From positions 5,183 to 69,182 of the forward strand of contig JBLKOJ010000004.1 of assembly GCA_047602745.1 (NCBI GenBank): DNA of 64,000 nt, read 5' to 3'. The notes under the pieces are model-generated. The model worked only from the letters and a program-made list of their open reading frames with translations. It made no database searches and was not told the origin of the DNA. A program made the position numbers and the translations under genes. Within the stretch, counting starts at the first letter, position 1, and each line of letters begins with the position of its first letter. The stretch comes from Candidatus Woesearchaeota archaeon. GTDB taxonomy: Archaea > Nanobdellota > Nanobdellia > Woesearchaeales > UBA583. Shown in pieces: positions 28,758 to 38,705 of this stretch.

Positions 28758-30032
28758 ATGGCAAGTAATAAAGAACACTTTAATGTAGTATTCATTGGAC
28801 ACGTTGACCACGGAAAATCAACAACAGTTGGAAGATTGTTATTTGATGCTGGTAGAGTAGATGAACAAACAATGAGAAAACTAAAAGAAGAAGCTGCTGC
28901 TAATGGAAAAGCAGGATTTGAATTTGCTTATGTTATGGATAACTTAGGAGAAGAAAGAAAAAGAGGAGTAACTATCGACTTATCTCACAAAAAATTCGAA
29001 TCAGAAAAGTATGAATTTACTATTATTGATGCACCAGGTCACGCTGACTTTATTAAAAACATGATTACAGGAGTATCACAAGCTGACGCAGCTGTATTAG
29101 TTGTAGCATGTACTGATGGTGTTAACGCACAAACAAAAGAACACGCATATTTATCCAAAGTATTTGGAATTGACCAATTAATCGTTGCGGTTAATAAGAT
29201 GGATATGAGAGAGTATTCAGAGAGCAGATTTAATGAAATTAAAGATGAAGTTAATGCATTAGTTGGGAAGTTAGGGTTCAAGTCAATTAGATTTATTCCA
29301 ATTTCAGCTTTAATGGGAGAAAATATTACTAAAAAATCAGATAATATGTCTTGGTATACTGATGCTCCTCTATTAGATTTATTAAATTCCTATGAACCTG
29401 CTAATAGACCTACAGATTTACCTTTAAGAGTACCTCTGCAAGATGTATATGCAATTAAAGGAATTGGTTTAGTGCCAGTAGGAAAAGTTGAAACAGGATT
29501 ATTAAAACCTAACACAAAAGTTGTAGCTGTACCAGCTAAAACAGGAACTGGAATGGCTGGAGAAATAAAAGATGTAGAAATGCACCATGAGAAAGTAAAA
29601 GAGGCACCTCCTGGATTCAATGTAGGTTTCTCAGTTAAAGGATTTAACAAAGGAGATTTAGCTAAAGGAGACGTTATTGGAACACCCGATGCTCCACCTT
29701 CATTAGTTCAAGAATTCACTGGACAAATTATGGTTTTAAACCACCCAAGTGTAATTACTGTAGGATATTCACCAGTATTTCATATCCACACAGCTCAAGT
29801 TTCATGTAGAGTAACTGAGATTGTTAAAAAGTTATCTCCTGAAGTTCAAGATAATCCAGATTTTATTAGAAATGGGGATGCAGCTTTAGTTAAATTTACA
29901 CCTCTTAAAGCAGTAGTTATTGAAAAAAGAGATGAGTTGCCTCAACTAGCAAGATTTGCGATTAGAGATAGTGGTAAAACAGTAGCAGCAGGACAATGTA
30001 TGGACTCAGTTAAAAAGCCATTAAAATTATAG
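28758..30032 (+). CDS. tuf: Translation elongation factor EF-1 alpha
   Basis: GHVDHGKST, DAPGHADF, NKMD, SAL and full-length similarity to aEF-1 alpha. Visibly less AT-rich than its surroundings. Confidence 0.97.
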   Translation: MASNKEHFNVVFIGHVDHGKSTTVGRLLFDAGRVDEQTMRKLKEEAAANGKAGFEFAYVMDNLGEERKRGVTIDLSHKKFESEKYEFTIIDAPGHADFIKNMITGVSQADAAVLVVACTDGVNAQTKEHAYLSKVFGIDQLIVAVNKMDMREYSESRFNEIKDEVNALVGKLGFKSIRFIPISALMGENITKKSDNMSWYTDAPLLDLLNSYEPANRPTDLPLRVPLQDVYAIKGIGLVPVGKVETGLLKPNTKVVAVPAKTGTGMAGEIKDVEMHHEKVKEAPPGFNVGFSVKGFNKGDLAKGDVIGTPDAPPSLVQEFTGQIMVLNHPSVITVGYSPVFHIHTAQVSCRVTEIVKKLSPEVQDNPDFIRNGDAALVKFTPLKAVVIEKRDELPQLARFAIRDSGKTVAAGQCMDSVKKPLKL

Positions 30033-30049
30033 ATAACTAATTTTAAAAA

Positions 30050-30364
30050 ATGGCACAACAACAATATTTACGAATTAAGCTTGTTGGAGATAATATCTCT
30101 AACTTGAATTCATTTGTGGAAGAAATTTCAGCTATTTGTGATAAATTAGGGGTAATTATGAAAGGACCAATTCCTATGCCTACAAAAAAGTTGAAGGTTA
30201 CCGCAAGAAAGTCTCCTTGTGGAGATGGTAAGGCATCATTTGAAAAATATCAAATGAGAATCCATAAAAGACTTTTGGATGTTCAAATTAATGACAGAGT
30301 AATTAGAATGATTATGAAAGTTCCAATTCCAACGGGTCTAAATATTGAATTAAAAGTAATTTAA
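30050..30364 (+). CDS. rps10: 30S ribosomal protein S10 (uS10)
   Basis: RIKLVG...GPIPMPTKKLKVTARKSPCGDG...YQMRIHKRLLDV. The tuf-rps10 pairing is conserved in archaea. Confidence 0.9.
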   Translation: MAQQQYLRIKLVGDNISNLNSFVEEISAICDKLGVIMKGPIPMPTKKLKVTARKSPCGDGKASFEKYQMRIHKRLLDVQINDRVIRMIMKVPIPTGLNIELKVI

Positions 30365-30476
30365 ATCTATTTTTTTAATGTTATATAAGTTCTACTCAAA
30401 ATAACTTAGTTTTATGTTTACTTTAAAATTTATTATTTATAATACTTCACACTGACTTGTTATATAGTTCAAAACC

Positions 30477-30484
30477 TTTATAAA
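30477..30484 (+). promoter_or_regulatory. TATA box (TTTATAAA) of rpoN
   Basis: Centre 25-26 nt upstream of ATG 30506, so probably leaderless. Confidence 0.45.
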
Positions 30485-30505
30485 CACAATTATATTACTA
30501 AAAAT

Positions 30506-30694
30506 ATGATAATACCCGTTAGATGTTTTTCGTGTGGTAATGTGATTGGTTCCTCTTGGGAATCCTACCAAAAAATGATTTCAGAAGGAAAAAGTAAAAA
30601 AGAAGCACTAGACACTTTAAAAATTAAAAAATATTGTTGTAGAGGAGCAATTATGTCACATGTTGAAATGATTAATACTATAGGACAATATTAA
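30506..30694 (+). CDS. rpoN: DNA-directed RNA polymerase subunit N (Rpo10)
   Basis: MIIPVRCFSCGNVIG...YCCRGAIMSHVEMI, 62 aa. Confidence 0.9.
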   Translation: MIIPVRCFSCGNVIGSSWESYQKMISEGKSKKEALDTLKIKKYCCRGAIMSHVEMINTIGQY

Positions 30695-30758
30695 TTTTTA
30701 TTAATATTATTTTAATTTTAAGGTACTTATTTAAATTAAAGATAATTTTCATACATAT

Positions 30759-32009
30759 ATGAATACAAACTCCCCTAATTCTCTTAAATCTAAACTATTA
30801 CCAAATATCCCACAAAATCTTCATAGTTTAGTTCCAAGATCATTTGAAAGTATTGGTTCAATTGGGATTATAGAAATCCCTAAAGAACTTAAAGAATTTG
30901 AAATTATAATTGGAACAACTCTTCTTAAATCAAATCCTCAACTTCAAACTATTGTTAAAAAAGCAAGTTTTCATGAAGGAGAATTTCGAACACAACAATT
31001 TACATGTATTGTAGGAGTGAATAATACTATTACTCAATATAGAGAGAATGGAGTTCTCATTGAGCTTGATATTAATGAAGTCTATTTTTCAACAAAACTC
31101 TCAACTGAGAGAGAAATCATTACTAAAAGAGTAAAAGAAAACTCTAATGAATTAGTTTTATTTTCAGGAGCTGGTCCTTACTCGTTTGTTATTTCAAAAC
31201 AACAACCAAATATTTCAAGAATTACCTCAATTGAACTTAATCCTCAAGGTCATTTGTATGCTCTAAAAAATATTGAACATAATAAGAGTAATTTGAAAAA
31301 GTCCTTAATTTTTAAAAATATTCAACGAATTTGCAAAGAATACTCAATTCCTCTATATGAAAAAAAAATTCTAAAATCATTAAATGAATTAATATATAAT
31401 TTTAGTAATTGTGATGTAAATTCTTATGCTCCTCTTCTTAGTTTAAGTACATCTCCTTTTCCTAGCTCCAATTCTTTAAGTATTTCCTCAATATCTTATA
31501 AAGAGATTTTTGAACTTTCTAAATCAAATAACTATGGTAATACTGCTACTTATTATGTTGATTTAAATGAATTAAAAGAAGAAGAAAAAATAAAATACTT
31601 ATTTTTACTAATTTGTAATCCTAAGTATATCATTTTTAATATCAAAGTTGGCTCTTCAATATATTCAATTCAAACTTCTCTTGAAAAAAATTATTTTCTT
31701 CAATTACTCACCACTTCAAAATCAGTTGATGAAATCATAAAATATAATTCAATATATATGCCCCTTCCTAAAACAGCAATTGAATTTTTATCACACGCAT
31801 TGACATTATGCAGTAAAGGAGGAATTATTTATCTATATTGTTTTTTAAAAGAAGAAGAATTAGAAAATTACTCAAATGATACAATTAAAAAAATTTATGC
31901 CATTGGTGAAGAGGAGAATACTAATTTAAAAATTTTACAAATACGAAAAGTAGGACAATCTGCTCCAAGGATGTATAGGAGTTGCATTGAAATCCAAAAA
32001 TTAGACTGA
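30759..32009 (+). CDS. trm5: tRNA (guanine37-N1)-methyltransferase Trm5 family (Met-10+ like) with large internal insertions
   Basis: FESIGSIGIIEIP, YRENGVLIELDINEVYFSTKLSTER, LFSGAGPYS, IELNP, IYMPLPKTAIEFL, GGIIYLYCF. Confidence 0.6.
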   Translation: MNTNSPNSLKSKLLPNIPQNLHSLVPRSFESIGSIGIIEIPKELKEFEIIIGTTLLKSNPQLQTIVKKASFHEGEFRTQQFTCIVGVNNTITQYRENGVLIELDINEVYFSTKLSTEREIITKRVKENSNELVLFSGAGPYSFVISKQQPNISRITSIELNPQGHLYALKNIEHNKSNLKKSLIFKNIQRICKEYSIPLYEKKILKSLNELIYNFSNCDVNSYAPLLSLSTSPFPSSNSLSISSISYKEIFELSKSNNYGNTATYYVDLNELKEEEKIKYLFLLICNPKYIIFNIKVGSSIYSIQTSLEKNYFLQLLTTSKSVDEIIKYNSIYMPLPKTAIEFLSHALTLCSKGGIIYLYCFLKEEELENYSNDTIKKIYAIGEEENTNLKILQIRKVGQSAPRMYRSCIEIQKLD

Positions 32010-32033
32010 AGCTTATAAATAAATTGAATAAAA

Positions 32034-33125
32034 CTATGAAGTTGAGCTAAATCGTTGATAATTTTCTCTTAATTGGTTATGATAATTATTCTTCATATAA
32101 TTCACCCCATTGTACCTATACGCAACAGTTTCCCAGTTCGTATTTGAACTTTGTAATTCTCTAAGTAATGTTGAATCTGTGAGTATAAAATTTAACATGG
32201 CTCTTACTTGCTCTGCTTCACTTGACATTGCTTCATAAAACTCATCAATTGAAGAATATCCAGCTCTTTTATAATTAAATCCCATTACTTGGCCAACTCC
32301 AAAACTTGAAGAATATATAGCTCTTTGAGAATTATCATTATATGCACTTTTAAACGCTTGATAATTAGTTTCATGAGTAATAGTTGAAAATCCACTTTCT
32401 TCATCAATAGTACAAGGAACTCTAGGAGAAGATTGCAGTGGAAAATCTTCTCCCCTATTTGGATCATTATAAATATGACATTCAAATCTTACAGTGGGAT
32501 GATCATTACCTAAAAAAGGATTTCCTTTACTCTCAATTTCAACAAACGCTTGAAGTTTAGCAAGTTCAATATCGTGCTCTTTTGAGAGTTCAACTAACAT
32601 TTCATTAAATGAGTTATCACTTACTCGACTCTGTTCTTCCCTTATTTCTCCCTCTCCTATTATTCCACCAATAGAGTTTGGAGGTTTTTCCAATTCTTTA
32701 ATTTCTTCGAATGCTTTATCTTTTTGATCCAAATATGCATTCATAACACATGTACAATGTTCATCCTCAATACTTTTACATCTTGATTCTTTTTCTATAT
32801 ATAATTTAACATCTTGATACAATTCAAATTCTTGAGAGGAAGAATCACAACGATATCTTGAATTTTCAGGTAATCTATCGAATTCACTCTCTTCACAATA
32901 TACTTGCCTATATTGTTGAAATCCAACTGACCTACATTCTTGCTCAGCTCCTTCAACTTGAAGAACTTGATAAGAAGTAAATAATTGGCCTATTGGACCT
33001 GAAACTAATATTATTAAAACAATAAAAAATAAAAAAAATATAATAATTCTTTGAACCGGAAGTCCTCCCTGAGCTTTTTTAATATAGTTAAAAAAATTAT
33101 TCATTTTATCCTCTAATTGAATCAA
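32034..33125 (-). CDS. Membrane-anchored N-acetylmuramidase (DUF3380/endolysin-type murein hydrolase) with Cys-rich ectodomain
   Basis: TM IIIFFLFFIVLIILVSG. FVEIESKGNPF, VRFECHIY, SSFGVGQVMGFNYKRAGY, SEAEQVRAMLNFI, VAYRYNGVNYMKNNYHNQL. Confidence 0.7.
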   Translation of the reverse strand: MIQLEDKMNNFFNYIKKAQGGLPVQRIIIFFLFFIVLIILVSGPIGQLFTSYQVLQVEGAEQECRSVGFQQYRQVYCEESEFDRLPENSRYRCDSSSQEFELYQDVKLYIEKESRCKSIEDEHCTCVMNAYLDQKDKAFEEIKELEKPPNSIGGIIGEGEIREEQSRVSDNSFNEMLVELSKEHDIELAKLQAFVEIESKGNPFLGNDHPTVRFECHIYNDPNRGEDFPLQSSPRVPCTIDEESGFSTITHETNYQAFKSAYNDNSQRAIYSSSFGVGQVMGFNYKRAGYSSIDEFYEAMSSEAEQVRAMLNFILTDSTLLRELQSSNTNWETVAYRYNGVNYMKNNYHNQLRENYQRFSSTS

Positions 33126-34632
33126 CAGGAGTATAATATTTAGCAGTACTGTTTTTTGAAATTACTTCAAATTCTAAATCTTCAAAATGAATATCTCCTA
33201 AAATTCCTTTAGAGTTCACTAACTCAAATCCTAAAATTCTCGTATCTCCTTTTTCAAATCTTTTAAATTCCCAAATTAATTTATACTTATTTGAGCCTTT
33301 AAGTACTTTAGTAGGAGGAGTAATAGAAAAAGACTCATCCTTAACATGCAGATATGAGGGCATTTTAAATGTCACTCGTAATGTGTCAATTTCTTCACTT
33401 CTAATATTTTCAAAACCAACTTTAACTTTAAAACTTTTAATTCCTTCGTGCTTTACTTTTTTTATATGTTCAAAATCTATTTCAACAGCTAAAGGATTTT
33501 TATACTTAAAATATACTTTAATTAATGAAATGATTACTACAATAAATAGTAAAACTAATATAATCCCATATCTAATCTCATATGCAAACTCAGAAGTTTC
33601 ACTTGGCTCAACTTGAATTTGAAAAATATAATTGGTTCCATCTCTTACATAGGGAGTATTTGATACGAAAAAAAACCGTTCATACCATTGGAATTCTCTT
33701 TCAACTGTATGCAATGAGCGAGTGTTTCCAATATTTGTTACTTCAATCTTCTCTCCAATAGACCATATATTTGTGAATGTATTCTCATTAATTTCTAATC
33801 TTTCAAACTCTAAAATTTCAACTGAGTCTCTTAACTTCCATTGTTGACTTCTACCATATTCTCCCTCCAAACTTACTCTTACAATTCTGTCATAATTTCC
33901 GGGTTTAATTATCTCGGGAATTGAGAAACTAATATCTATTACATCTCTTAGATATGAAAAATTTAATTCTTTAGTTTCAAGTTCTACTTCTCCTATCTGC
34001 TTAGATATTTTAACTTTCGTAATTTGTTTACTTTCATCTAAGTTTTGAGCCGAAACTCTAAGAGAATTTTCAAATTCTGGAGACATCCTGGTTGTAGAAG
34101 GCTCAATTGAAAAATCGACAGGTAAATTCATAGGTGCATATACCTCAAGCCTATAGACAACTTCTAGTGTATCTTCATCTTCTAAAGGGTTTATAAAAAT
34201 TGGAAAATTAAAAACTCCAAAAAATTCATCATCTAGAACAAACTTGCTCAGTCCTTGACTATCAACAATTCTAGTATACCCCAGATTTTGGGGAACCAAC
34301 ACTAAAAATTTAATTTCTTTTCTTTCGTGGGGGTTTAATGTTATTTGAGGATTTTCAACTAAAACTTCCCAATTTAGAGTTGGATTAATTGAAATATTAA
34401 AATCTTGTTGAGCATCTAATTTATTAACAATAGTAAAAGAAAACTCGACTTCTTCTCTATTTGTTGAAATAATAGTGTTTATATTTTCTTGAGTAATAAA
34501 TGAATATGTATTTTGATTATATTGTTGAAAAGTTGAAAAACTTACTATTTGAGATAATAATATACCTAGTATAATTAATAATTGTAAAGATTTAATAATT
34601 AAATATTTCAATTTAAAAATCTGAGTTTTCAT
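33106..34632 (-). CDS. Large surface protein: signal peptide, beta-rich ectodomain, TM helix, ~130-aa C-terminal tail
   Basis: ORF 33106..34674, internal ATG 34632 gives MKTQIFKLKYLIIKSLQLLIILGILLSQIVSFS. TM YGIILVLLFIVVIISLIKVYF near residue 375. Confidence 0.5.
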   Translation of the reverse strand: MKTQIFKLKYLIIKSLQLLIILGILLSQIVSFSTFQQYNQNTYSFITQENINTIISTNREEVEFSFTIVNKLDAQQDFNISINPTLNWEVLVENPQITLNPHERKEIKFLVLVPQNLGYTRIVDSQGLSKFVLDDEFFGVFNFPIFINPLEDEDTLEVVYRLEVYAPMNLPVDFSIEPSTTRMSPEFENSLRVSAQNLDESKQITKVKISKQIGEVELETKELNFSYLRDVIDISFSIPEIIKPGNYDRIVRVSLEGEYGRSQQWKLRDSVEILEFERLEINENTFTNIWSIGEKIEVTNIGNTRSLHTVEREFQWYERFFFVSNTPYVRDGTNYIFQIQVEPSETSEFAYEIRYGIILVLLFIVVIISLIKVYFKYKNPLAVEIDFEHIKKVKHEGIKSFKVKVGFENIRSEEIDTLRVTFKMPSYLHVKDESFSITPPTKVLKGSNKYKLIWEFKRFEKGDTRILGFELVNSKGILGDIHFEDLEFEVISKNSTAKYYTPVDSIRG

Positions 34633-35596
34633 CTGATTCTTCCTCTTTTTTAGATTTAATTTTTTTAATTTCATCCTTTAATCCAAGTTTAGTGATTATC
34701 TCTTTATATCTATTTCTAATTGTAACTTCAGTAACACCACTTACTTCTGAGATATCTCTTTGAGTTCTTCTCTCTCCTTCTAAGAGTCCTGCAATATAGA
34801 GCGCAGCAGCAGCAATTCCTATAGGTCCTCTGCCAGAAGTTAAATCAAGAGTTAAAGCTTTAGATAAAATTTCAACCCCCCTTGATTGTGTCTCAGGACC
34901 GTAATTTAATACACTTGCAAATCTAGAGATATAATCAACAGGATTAGATGGTAAAATTTTAATTTTAAGTTCTCTTGTGATATATCTATATGACCTCCCA
35001 ATTTCTTTTTTATCAATTCCACTTGCCTCACTAATTTCATCGAGTGTCCTAGGGATATTTTGTCTTCTACACGCAGCATATACAACACCTGCGACTACAC
35101 TTTCAATTGAACGCCCTCTTACTAAATTTTTTTGAACTGCTTCAGTATAAATTTTTCCTGCCTCTTCTTCAATAGAAGTTGGTAAATTCAAATATGATGC
35201 GAGCCGTCTCAATTCTCCAAGAGCAATTTTTAAGTTCTTCTCCATTACAGTTGAGAGTCTTTTTTGCCACCTTTTTAATCTTTGAAGCTTATATCGTTGT
35301 TTTTTGTCTAATGAAAATGAATCACTCTCTGAACCTATAGATGTTCCAAGACCCATATCAAACTTAGTATATGTGGTTGGAGCTCCCGTTCTTCTCATCT
35401 CAGAACCTTCACTCTCTTCAAAATCCCTCCATTCTTTTCCTAGAGAAATATTTCTACCATCAATTACAAGACCACAAGATCTACAAATAATCTCTCCTTT
35501 GTCTTTATTATTATATAAATTACTACTTCCACATTCAGGACACTTTCTAACATTATCTCCTACCATTTTACGTAAATCTATGTACTTTATGACCAA
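34613..35596 (-). CDS. tfb: Transcription initiation factor B (TFB)
   Basis: Zn ribbon CPECGS...CRSCGLVI, B-finger region, two cyclin repeats (VAGVVYAACR..., GIAAAALYIAG...), 327 aa. Confidence 0.95.
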   Translation of the reverse strand: MVIKYIDLRKMVGDNVRKCPECGSSNLYNNKDKGEIICRSCGLVIDGRNISLGKEWRDFEESEGSEMRRTGAPTTYTKFDMGLGTSIGSESDSFSLDKKQRYKLQRLKRWQKRLSTVMEKNLKIALGELRRLASYLNLPTSIEEEAGKIYTEAVQKNLVRGRSIESVVAGVVYAACRRQNIPRTLDEISEASGIDKKEIGRSYRYITRELKIKILPSNPVDYISRFASVLNYGPETQSRGVEILSKALTLDLTSGRGPIGIAAAALYIAGLLEGERRTQRDISEVSGVTEVTIRNRYKEIITKLGLKDEIKKIKSKKEEESDENSDF

Positions 35597-35758
35597 AAAG
35601 TTTTTAAAAGTATGTAATCTCTTAAGAGTTGCTTTTTAGTTTTAAAAAAGAATAAATTAAAATTATAAATAAATAATCTCTCAATAAATTAAATTATTAA
35701 AACTCCTCTTTGAAATGGTGACAAAACATTAAATCGTTAATTTTTTCATATAATATAT

Positions 35759-37063
35759 ATGAAAATCATATTTCACGGTGCTGCACAAGAAGTTGGTAAA
35801 AGTTGTATTGAAATTATCTCCCGAGGAAGAAGATATTTATTAGACGCAGGAGTTAAATTTGTTCACGGAGGAGTTGAATATCCAAAATATTTAGATAAAG
35901 TAAGTGAGTTAGATGCAATTTTCCTCTCTCACGCCCATATGGATCATTGCGGAGCTCTTCCAATGCTTGAACACAAACGATTAAAATGCCCTATTTATTG
36001 TACTAAAATGACATGGGATATTGCAAATATTTTACTTGAAGACGGATTTCATTTAGAAAAATTACGTTCAATTCATCCTGCATATTCAGTAAGAGATGTA
36101 CGAGCAGTTAAAGATGATGTAAATTTAGTGAGATATTCTAAATGGTATGAAACTAAAGATAGAAAAGTTAAATTTCAATACATTAATGCAGGACATATCC
36201 CTGGAAGTGCATCTATTTTACTTGAAATAGAAGAAAAGCGAGTATTATATGCTGCTGACATTAATACTGAAGAAACACTTCTTATGCAACCAAGTTTACT
36301 TGAAAAATTAGAATTTGATAAGCCAATTGATGTGCTTATTACTGAAAATACCTATGGAAATAGATTACATCCTAATAAGACAGATGTGCAAGAAGGATTT
36401 ATAAAATCAGTTATGAGTGGAATTGAAGGAGAGGGGTCAGTATTACTTCCAGTGTTTGGAGTTGGACGTTCACAAGAAATCTTAATTCTACTAAGTAAAT
36501 TACCAAAAAACATCCCGATTTATTTAGATGGTTCTGCAAGAATTCTTACTAAATTTATCTATCAATCAAGTGATCCATTTATCAACAATAAAGATATTTT
36601 AGAAAATATGTTTAAACGAGTACATTTAGTAAAACATCCTAATGAAAGAGCAAAAATTGCAAAACAAAAAGGAGTCGTTATTCTCACAACTTCAGGAATG
36701 CTTCAAGGGGGTCCAAGTGTTGGATATGCTGAGATGATGATAAACGATAAAAATAATTTTATAATCTTAAGTGGATTTCAAGCCAATGGAACTAATGGAA
36801 GAAGTATTTTTGAAGATCATATATTTTATAATCATCACCAAAGGTTTAAAGTACACGCTCACGTGAGAAAGTTTGACTTTTCAGCTCATATTGGACAAGA
36901 TGGAATTCATAAAGTGATGAAAAATCTAAAAGCAAAATATATTCTTCTTCAACACGGTGATATAGATGCACTTGAGGCTGTAAAACAATGGGGAGATAGG
37001 CACAAAGACGAAGTTCCTTCAGATGTAATAATTCCTAGAATAGGGGAAGAGCTGGAGTTTTAA
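35759..37063 (+). CDS. Beta-CASP metallo-beta-lactamase RNase (aCPSF2-like, no KH domains)
   Basis: LSHAHMDHCGALP, NAGHIPGSA, later acidic/His beta-CASP motifs (DFSAH, LQHGD), 434 aa. Confidence 0.75.
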   Translation: MKIIFHGAAQEVGKSCIEIISRGRRYLLDAGVKFVHGGVEYPKYLDKVSELDAIFLSHAHMDHCGALPMLEHKRLKCPIYCTKMTWDIANILLEDGFHLEKLRSIHPAYSVRDVRAVKDDVNLVRYSKWYETKDRKVKFQYINAGHIPGSASILLEIEEKRVLYAADINTEETLLMQPSLLEKLEFDKPIDVLITENTYGNRLHPNKTDVQEGFIKSVMSGIEGEGSVLLPVFGVGRSQEILILLSKLPKNIPIYLDGSARILTKFIYQSSDPFINNKDILENMFKRVHLVKHPNERAKIAKQKGVVILTTSGMLQGGPSVGYAEMMINDKNNFIILSGFQANGTNGRSIFEDHIFYNHHQRFKVHAHVRKFDFSAHIGQDGIHKVMKNLKAKYILLQHGDIDALEAVKQWGDRHKDEVPSDVIIPRIGEELEF

Positions 37064-37068
37064 TTGTT

Positions 37069-37668
37069 TTAAAAATTCGTTACATATTTAACTGTGGGTT
37101 TTTTTGAAGATTTTGTTAAAAGTAATGGACTTTGATTATCAGGTATCATAATTATTTTTGGAAATGTATAATTTACTCTTTGAAATTCTGTTCTAAGTCC
37201 ATTTAATCTTTTTATAGTTGAGGTGAATGGAGTTATAATATGACTTATAGGAGTTCTAAAATCATCTAGATTCTTATTTCTACGACCTTTCAAAAAATCT
37301 AAAACTCTTTGATCATCATTTACTAAGTCTATATCTATGCAAAGAGTTTTATTGTTTGAATTTTGCATATAAGCTGGAGAGTACAGTTGATTTGACTTAT
37401 TTTCTATTAATTGAGTTCTTCTGCGACTTAACCCTATCATAGTAGAGCCTTCAATCCCATAAAGATAACTACGATTATTAATACCAAATTTGTCTAAAAA
37501 AGTATTTTGTACTGAATATTCTATTAAACTTGGGTGTATGTATGTATGAGCGTTAGTTACAGGTAACTTATTTGTTCTAAGTTGTTCTGTAGAAAATCCC
37601 CAACTTCTTAATCTATCTTTTAAATTATCTTTATGAATTTTTTGAAAATTAGAATTTCTTCTACTCAT
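37069..37668 (-). CDS. Hypothetical basic protein
   Basis: ORF only (199 aa). No motif recognised. Confidence 0.4.
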   Translation of the reverse strand: MSRRNSNFQKIHKDNLKDRLRSWGFSTEQLRTNKLPVTNAHTYIHPSLIEYSVQNTFLDKFGINNRSYLYGIEGSTMIGLSRRRTQLIENKSNQLYSPAYMQNSNNKTLCIDIDLVNDDQRVLDFLKGRRNKNLDDFRTPISHIITPFTSTIKRLNGLRTEFQRVNYTFPKIIMIPDNQSPLLLTKSSKKPTVKYVTNF

Positions 37669-37817
37669 TTAATCTTTTAACTCAATAGTAGTATTTAAAT
37701 TACTTTTAGATGTTATTCGTATTTCACTACATATGTTTTAAATATTTTATTAGTTGAAAGTTTATTTTTAAGTTTTAGTGAAATAAATTTAAAAAATATA
37801 TAGTGTTAATTTAAGGT

Positions 37818-38705
37818 ATGGTAATTAAAAAACACCAAGAAAAAACTACTAAAGATACTAAAAGCTCTCATAAAAATCATAAAAGAGAGCCCATTAGAAC
37901 TAGCTCTTCTTCAAATGCTAAAAAAACTGATACTCGCCTGAAAAGAACATCATCTAAAAAATCAATTAATCCTAGTCAAATTCAAGTATTAATTGGAGCA
38001 GCAGTTGTTGGATTATTAGTAATTATTTTAGTAATTGTAGTTGGTTTGGCATTTACATCAAACGGTAATGGAGAAGAAATTCATGAAGATATTAATATGC
38101 CCGAAGTAATTCCTGAGACTCCAATTACTTCAGAAGAAGATTTAGAAGTTGAAAATGATTTTGATCCTCTAACACCTATACTAAATATTAATGGAGAGGA
38201 AGTATTAGCTCAAGATGTAGCCGTTGTTCAAATGCAACTTCAACAACAAGGATTTGAAATTAATGAACAACAAGCACTTGAGCAAATAATTACAAATACA
38301 GTTTTACTTCAAGCAGTTCAAGAACAAAATTTTGTAATAACTAACGAAGAAGCGGAAGAGGAATTAATCCAACTTCTTTCAACCCAGGGATTCACTATAG
38401 ATGATTTAAAACTTGATTTGGAAGAACAAGGGGTTTCATATGAAGCAACTCTTGAGGATTTTAAAGAAAGAATTGCAGTAGATAGATTTTTAGAGCAAAA
38501 TATTGATATCAGTTCAGTTGAAGTAACACAAGAAGAAGTTGAAGAGTTTTATGCTATGTATTCTATGCAGATGGGAGAACAAACCCTGCCTTTTGAGGAG
38601 ATTGAACTTCAAATTGTGGCACAAATTGAACAAGAAAAAATTGGAGAACTTCAAAATCAATTTATCAATGTATTAGTAGAAGAAGCAGATATTGAATTTT
38701 ATTAA
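37818..38705 (+). CDS. Membrane-anchored acidic protein, SurA-N/PpiD-like chaperone domain (no PPIase domain seen)
   Basis: Basic N-tail, TM VLIGAAVVGLLVIILVIVVGLAF, then NINGEEVLAQDV...QIITNTVLLQAV resembling SurA N-terminal domains. Confidence 0.35.
   Translation: MVIKKHQEKTTKDTKSSHKNHKREPIRTSSSSNAKKTDTRLKRTSSKKSINPSQIQVLIGAAVVGLLVIILVIVVGLAFTSNGNGEEIHEDINMPEVIPETPITSEEDLEVENDFDPLTPILNINGEEVLAQDVAVVQMQLQQQGFEINEQQALEQIITNTVLLQAVQEQNFVITNEEAEEELIQLLSTQGFTIDDLKLDLEEQGVSYEATLEDFKERIAVDRFLEQNIDISSVEVTQEEVEEFYAMYSMQMGEQTLPFEEIELQIVAQIEQEKIGELQNQFINVLVEEADIEFY

Noticed and set aside
30370-30376. T7 run right after rps10 as an archaeal oligo-T terminator
   Set aside because: T-runs of this length are ubiquitous in this AT-rich sequence, inside genes as well, so the call has no discriminating power here.
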